Part shown: positions 62,553-64,000 of the stretch, in pieces
Layout of the letters: the number at the start of each line of letters is the position of its first letter
How positions within the stretch are numbered: position 1 is the stretch's first letter
From: Escherichia phage inny
Direction: 5' to 3' (one strand)
Length of the DNA: 64,000 nt
Sequence record: MN850601.1
The notes under the pieces: model-generated
Database searches by the model: none
Seen by the model: the letters and a program-made list of their open reading frames with translations, nothing else
What the model was told of the DNA's origin: nothing
Made by a program: the position numbers and the translations under genes

Positions 62553-62782
62553 ACATCGGACAACCAATTTTTGATGCAGATACTGGTCAATATGCAGTGA
62601 TTGTTGCTCGTATGAGCGGTGATGACCTTATTGTTTCAGAACTACTCGGATCAGATCCGCAACTGCGCGTAGTATGTGACCTATATCTTCGAGACGAAAG
62701 TGATCGCATTGCACTGAAAGAAGATGGTATGCTCTACTATACCTGGACTAGAGATCCTGGGGTAACGGAGGTAGAGGTATAA
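62543..62782 (+). CDS. hypothetical protein
   Basis: 79 aa; AAGGAGA SD. Confidence 0.5.
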   Translation: MQLNIGQPIFDADTGQYAVIVARMSGDDLIVSELLGSDPQLRVVCDLYLRDESDRIALKEDGMLYYTWTRDPGVTEVEV

Positions 62783-63081
62783 TGGTAAGGAATAGGGGTT
62801 TACATAAAAGAAGACACCTTACTTACTGGCATCGTAAAGTACATGAACCTGTATCAAAGAAAGAATGGCAATATCTGCCTTATGGGAAGGAGCGAAGAAA
62901 GTATCTGTTAGCTCATTTAAGGGTACATGGTTCTCTTCCTGTTAACAGTAAGTGGCAATTGCAAACAGCTTATGACGAAGATATGAAATATCTGTTAAAG
63001 AGAGGCATTATTTGCCTTGTTAAGATAGGGCGATGGAAATCTCGTCAATCTTATATCGTACTTAAACAGGAGAAACCATGA
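62782..63081 (+). CDS. hypothetical basic protein (possible winged-helix DNA binding)
   Basis: 99 aa, Arg/Lys-rich; GGAGGTAGAGG upstream. Confidence 0.5.
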   Translation: MVRNRGLHKRRHLTYWHRKVHEPVSKKEWQYLPYGKERRKYLLAHLRVHGSLPVNSKWQLQTAYDEDMKYLLKRGIICLVKIGRWKSRQSYIVLKQEKP

Positions 63082-63329
63082 ATATCAAAGATGTTGTAGC
63101 ATATGTAGAAGATGAAGTTAAAAACCATACAAGTTTACTGAAAGTAATGGTTGTGGTTAAAGATGGTATTGGACAAGTAAACGTACAACATGTCTTATCT
63201 GACACTGTATACAATGTGTTTGAATGTAAAGAAACACCTCATGGAGTACGTGTGGTTTATATTGATAACAATTTCAAAGAATGTGTGAGACATACCTTAG
63301 AAGATGAACTAAGGATCACAATCTTATGA
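63078..63329 (+). CDS. hypothetical protein
   Basis: 83 aa; AGGAGAAACC SD. Confidence 0.5.
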   Translation: MNIKDVVAYVEDEVKNHTSLLKVMVVVKDGIGQVNVQHVLSDTVYNVFECKETPHGVRVVYIDNNFKECVRHTLEDELRITIL

Positions 63330-63499
63330 GTTATTATGTTGTACCTTATGCCAATAAGTGGAGAGTAAGAGAAACTTGTTTTCTATTCTCCTGGTGGGCT
63401 ACGTTCGGAGATGGTTGTGGAAATGATACAGGAAAGCCTGTAGAGTACGACACAAAAGAAGAATGTGAACAATGGATAAAATTAACACAAAGATGTTGA
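63326..63499 (+). CDS. small hypothetical protein (about 57 aa)
   Basis: Below track cut-off; MSYYVVPYANKWRVRETCFLFSWWATFGDGCGND...; coordinates approximate. Confidence 0.35.
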   Translation: MSYYVVPYANKWRVRETCFLFSWWATFGDGCGNDTGKPVEYDTKEECEQWIKLTQRC

Positions 63500-63552
63500 C
63501 ACGATCTTAACTTCTTGTTAGTATCAATGTGTACTAACGATAAGGAGGGTTT

Positions 63553-63777
63553 ATGAAGTCTGTAAACAAGTTGCAACAATTTTTGTTATCAACAGCAATC
63601 TCTTTGCTTTTGTTAATTGGTATTCTGTATGGTGCATCTAACTTGTACAATCTACATAATGATGTAGAACAGAACAAAGAGAAGTGCATCATTCTAAAAC
63701 ACAATAAACAAGCAGAAGATTTCTTAAAGAATAAGTGTTACAACTACATTGATTATGAGGAGACAAACAATGATTAA
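63553..63777 (+). CDS. small membrane-anchored protein, paralog family B
   Basis: 74 aa; AAGGAGGG SD; TM helix then KEKCIILKHNKQAEDFLKNKC. Confidence 0.5.
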   Translation: MKSVNKLQQFLLSTAISLLLLIGILYGASNLYNLHNDVEQNKEKCIILKHNKQAEDFLKNKCYNYIDYEETNND

Positions 63778-64000
63778 AGAATTAGGTATGCGAGTATACA
63801 GTGAGTGGACTCCAAGCAATGGCCCAGGAGTTGTTGCAGCTAAATGTATCAATGGTCGTATTGAGTACCTGGAAGGGTATGAAGATAATGAAGAGTTAGT
63901 AGATTATGCTAAATCTTTTATTGAAGATGATACAGACTTTATTGTATTATATGATACAGGAGAGTTAGAGTATGGATATGATGGAGATGGGGATATCTTT
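63770..64000 (+). CDS. hypothetical protein, partial (3' end beyond window)
   Basis: GAGGAGACAAACA upstream of ATG; MIKELGMRVYSEWTPSNGPGVVAAKCINGR... open to window end; coordinates approximate. Confidence 0.4.
   Translation, partial: MIKELGMRVYSEWTPSNGPGVVAAKCINGRIEYLEGYEDNEELVDYAKSFIEDDTDFIVLYDTGELEYGYDGDGDIF

Noticed and set aside
1-64000. Prophage or integrative element hallmarks (integrase, excisionase, transposase, att repeats)
   Set aside because: No tyrosine/serine recombinase or transposase motifs recognised in any ORF; content is that of a lytic phage replication/early region.

Overview
The window reads as one contiguous piece of a large virulent dsDNA phage (or phage-like element) genome from a Gram-negative, probably enterobacterial host; no tRNA, rRNA, CRISPR array, integrase or transposase was recognised. 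Host inference rests on sigma70-type TTGACA/TATAAT promoters, an E. coli SSB-like DFDDDIPF tail motif and Fur-box-like palindromes. All calls come from reading the sequence and the ORF track by eye; no database search was run. Coordinates of features absent from the ORF track are approximate (+/- a few nt). Layout: (i) 1-37955, leftward (minus-strand) block with a partial DNA methyltransferase, SSB-like protein, family A DNA polymerase, T7 gp4-like primase-helicase, a glycosyltransferase cluster, a cell-wall hydrolase, a Ter-like module (TerD, vWA, TelA-like, TerC) contiguous with macro-domain, PRTase-like and HAD genes, an AAA ATPase, NrdG/NrdD, GatB/YqeY, a UvrD-like helicase and many small unknowns; (ii) 38075-42462, rightward block with membrane proteins, a second AAA ATPase paralog, a zinc-ribbon repeat protein and a NADAR protein; (iii) 42.5-43.9 kb non-coding tandem repeats and palindromes; (iv) 43.9-53.7 kb, an array of more than 25 tiny rightward genes, most led by a conserved promoter + 5' stem-loop + purine-rich RBS cassette; (v) 53.95-55.4 kb, AT-rich non-coding region with iterons, nested palindromes and Fur-box-like sites; (vi) 55.4-64 kb, tightly packed rightward small genes with strong SD sequences and paralogous families. 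The most promising candidate for an undescribed system is the phage-borne Ter-like module with its nucleotide-metabolite partners (13081-22422), followed by the early-gene cassette array.
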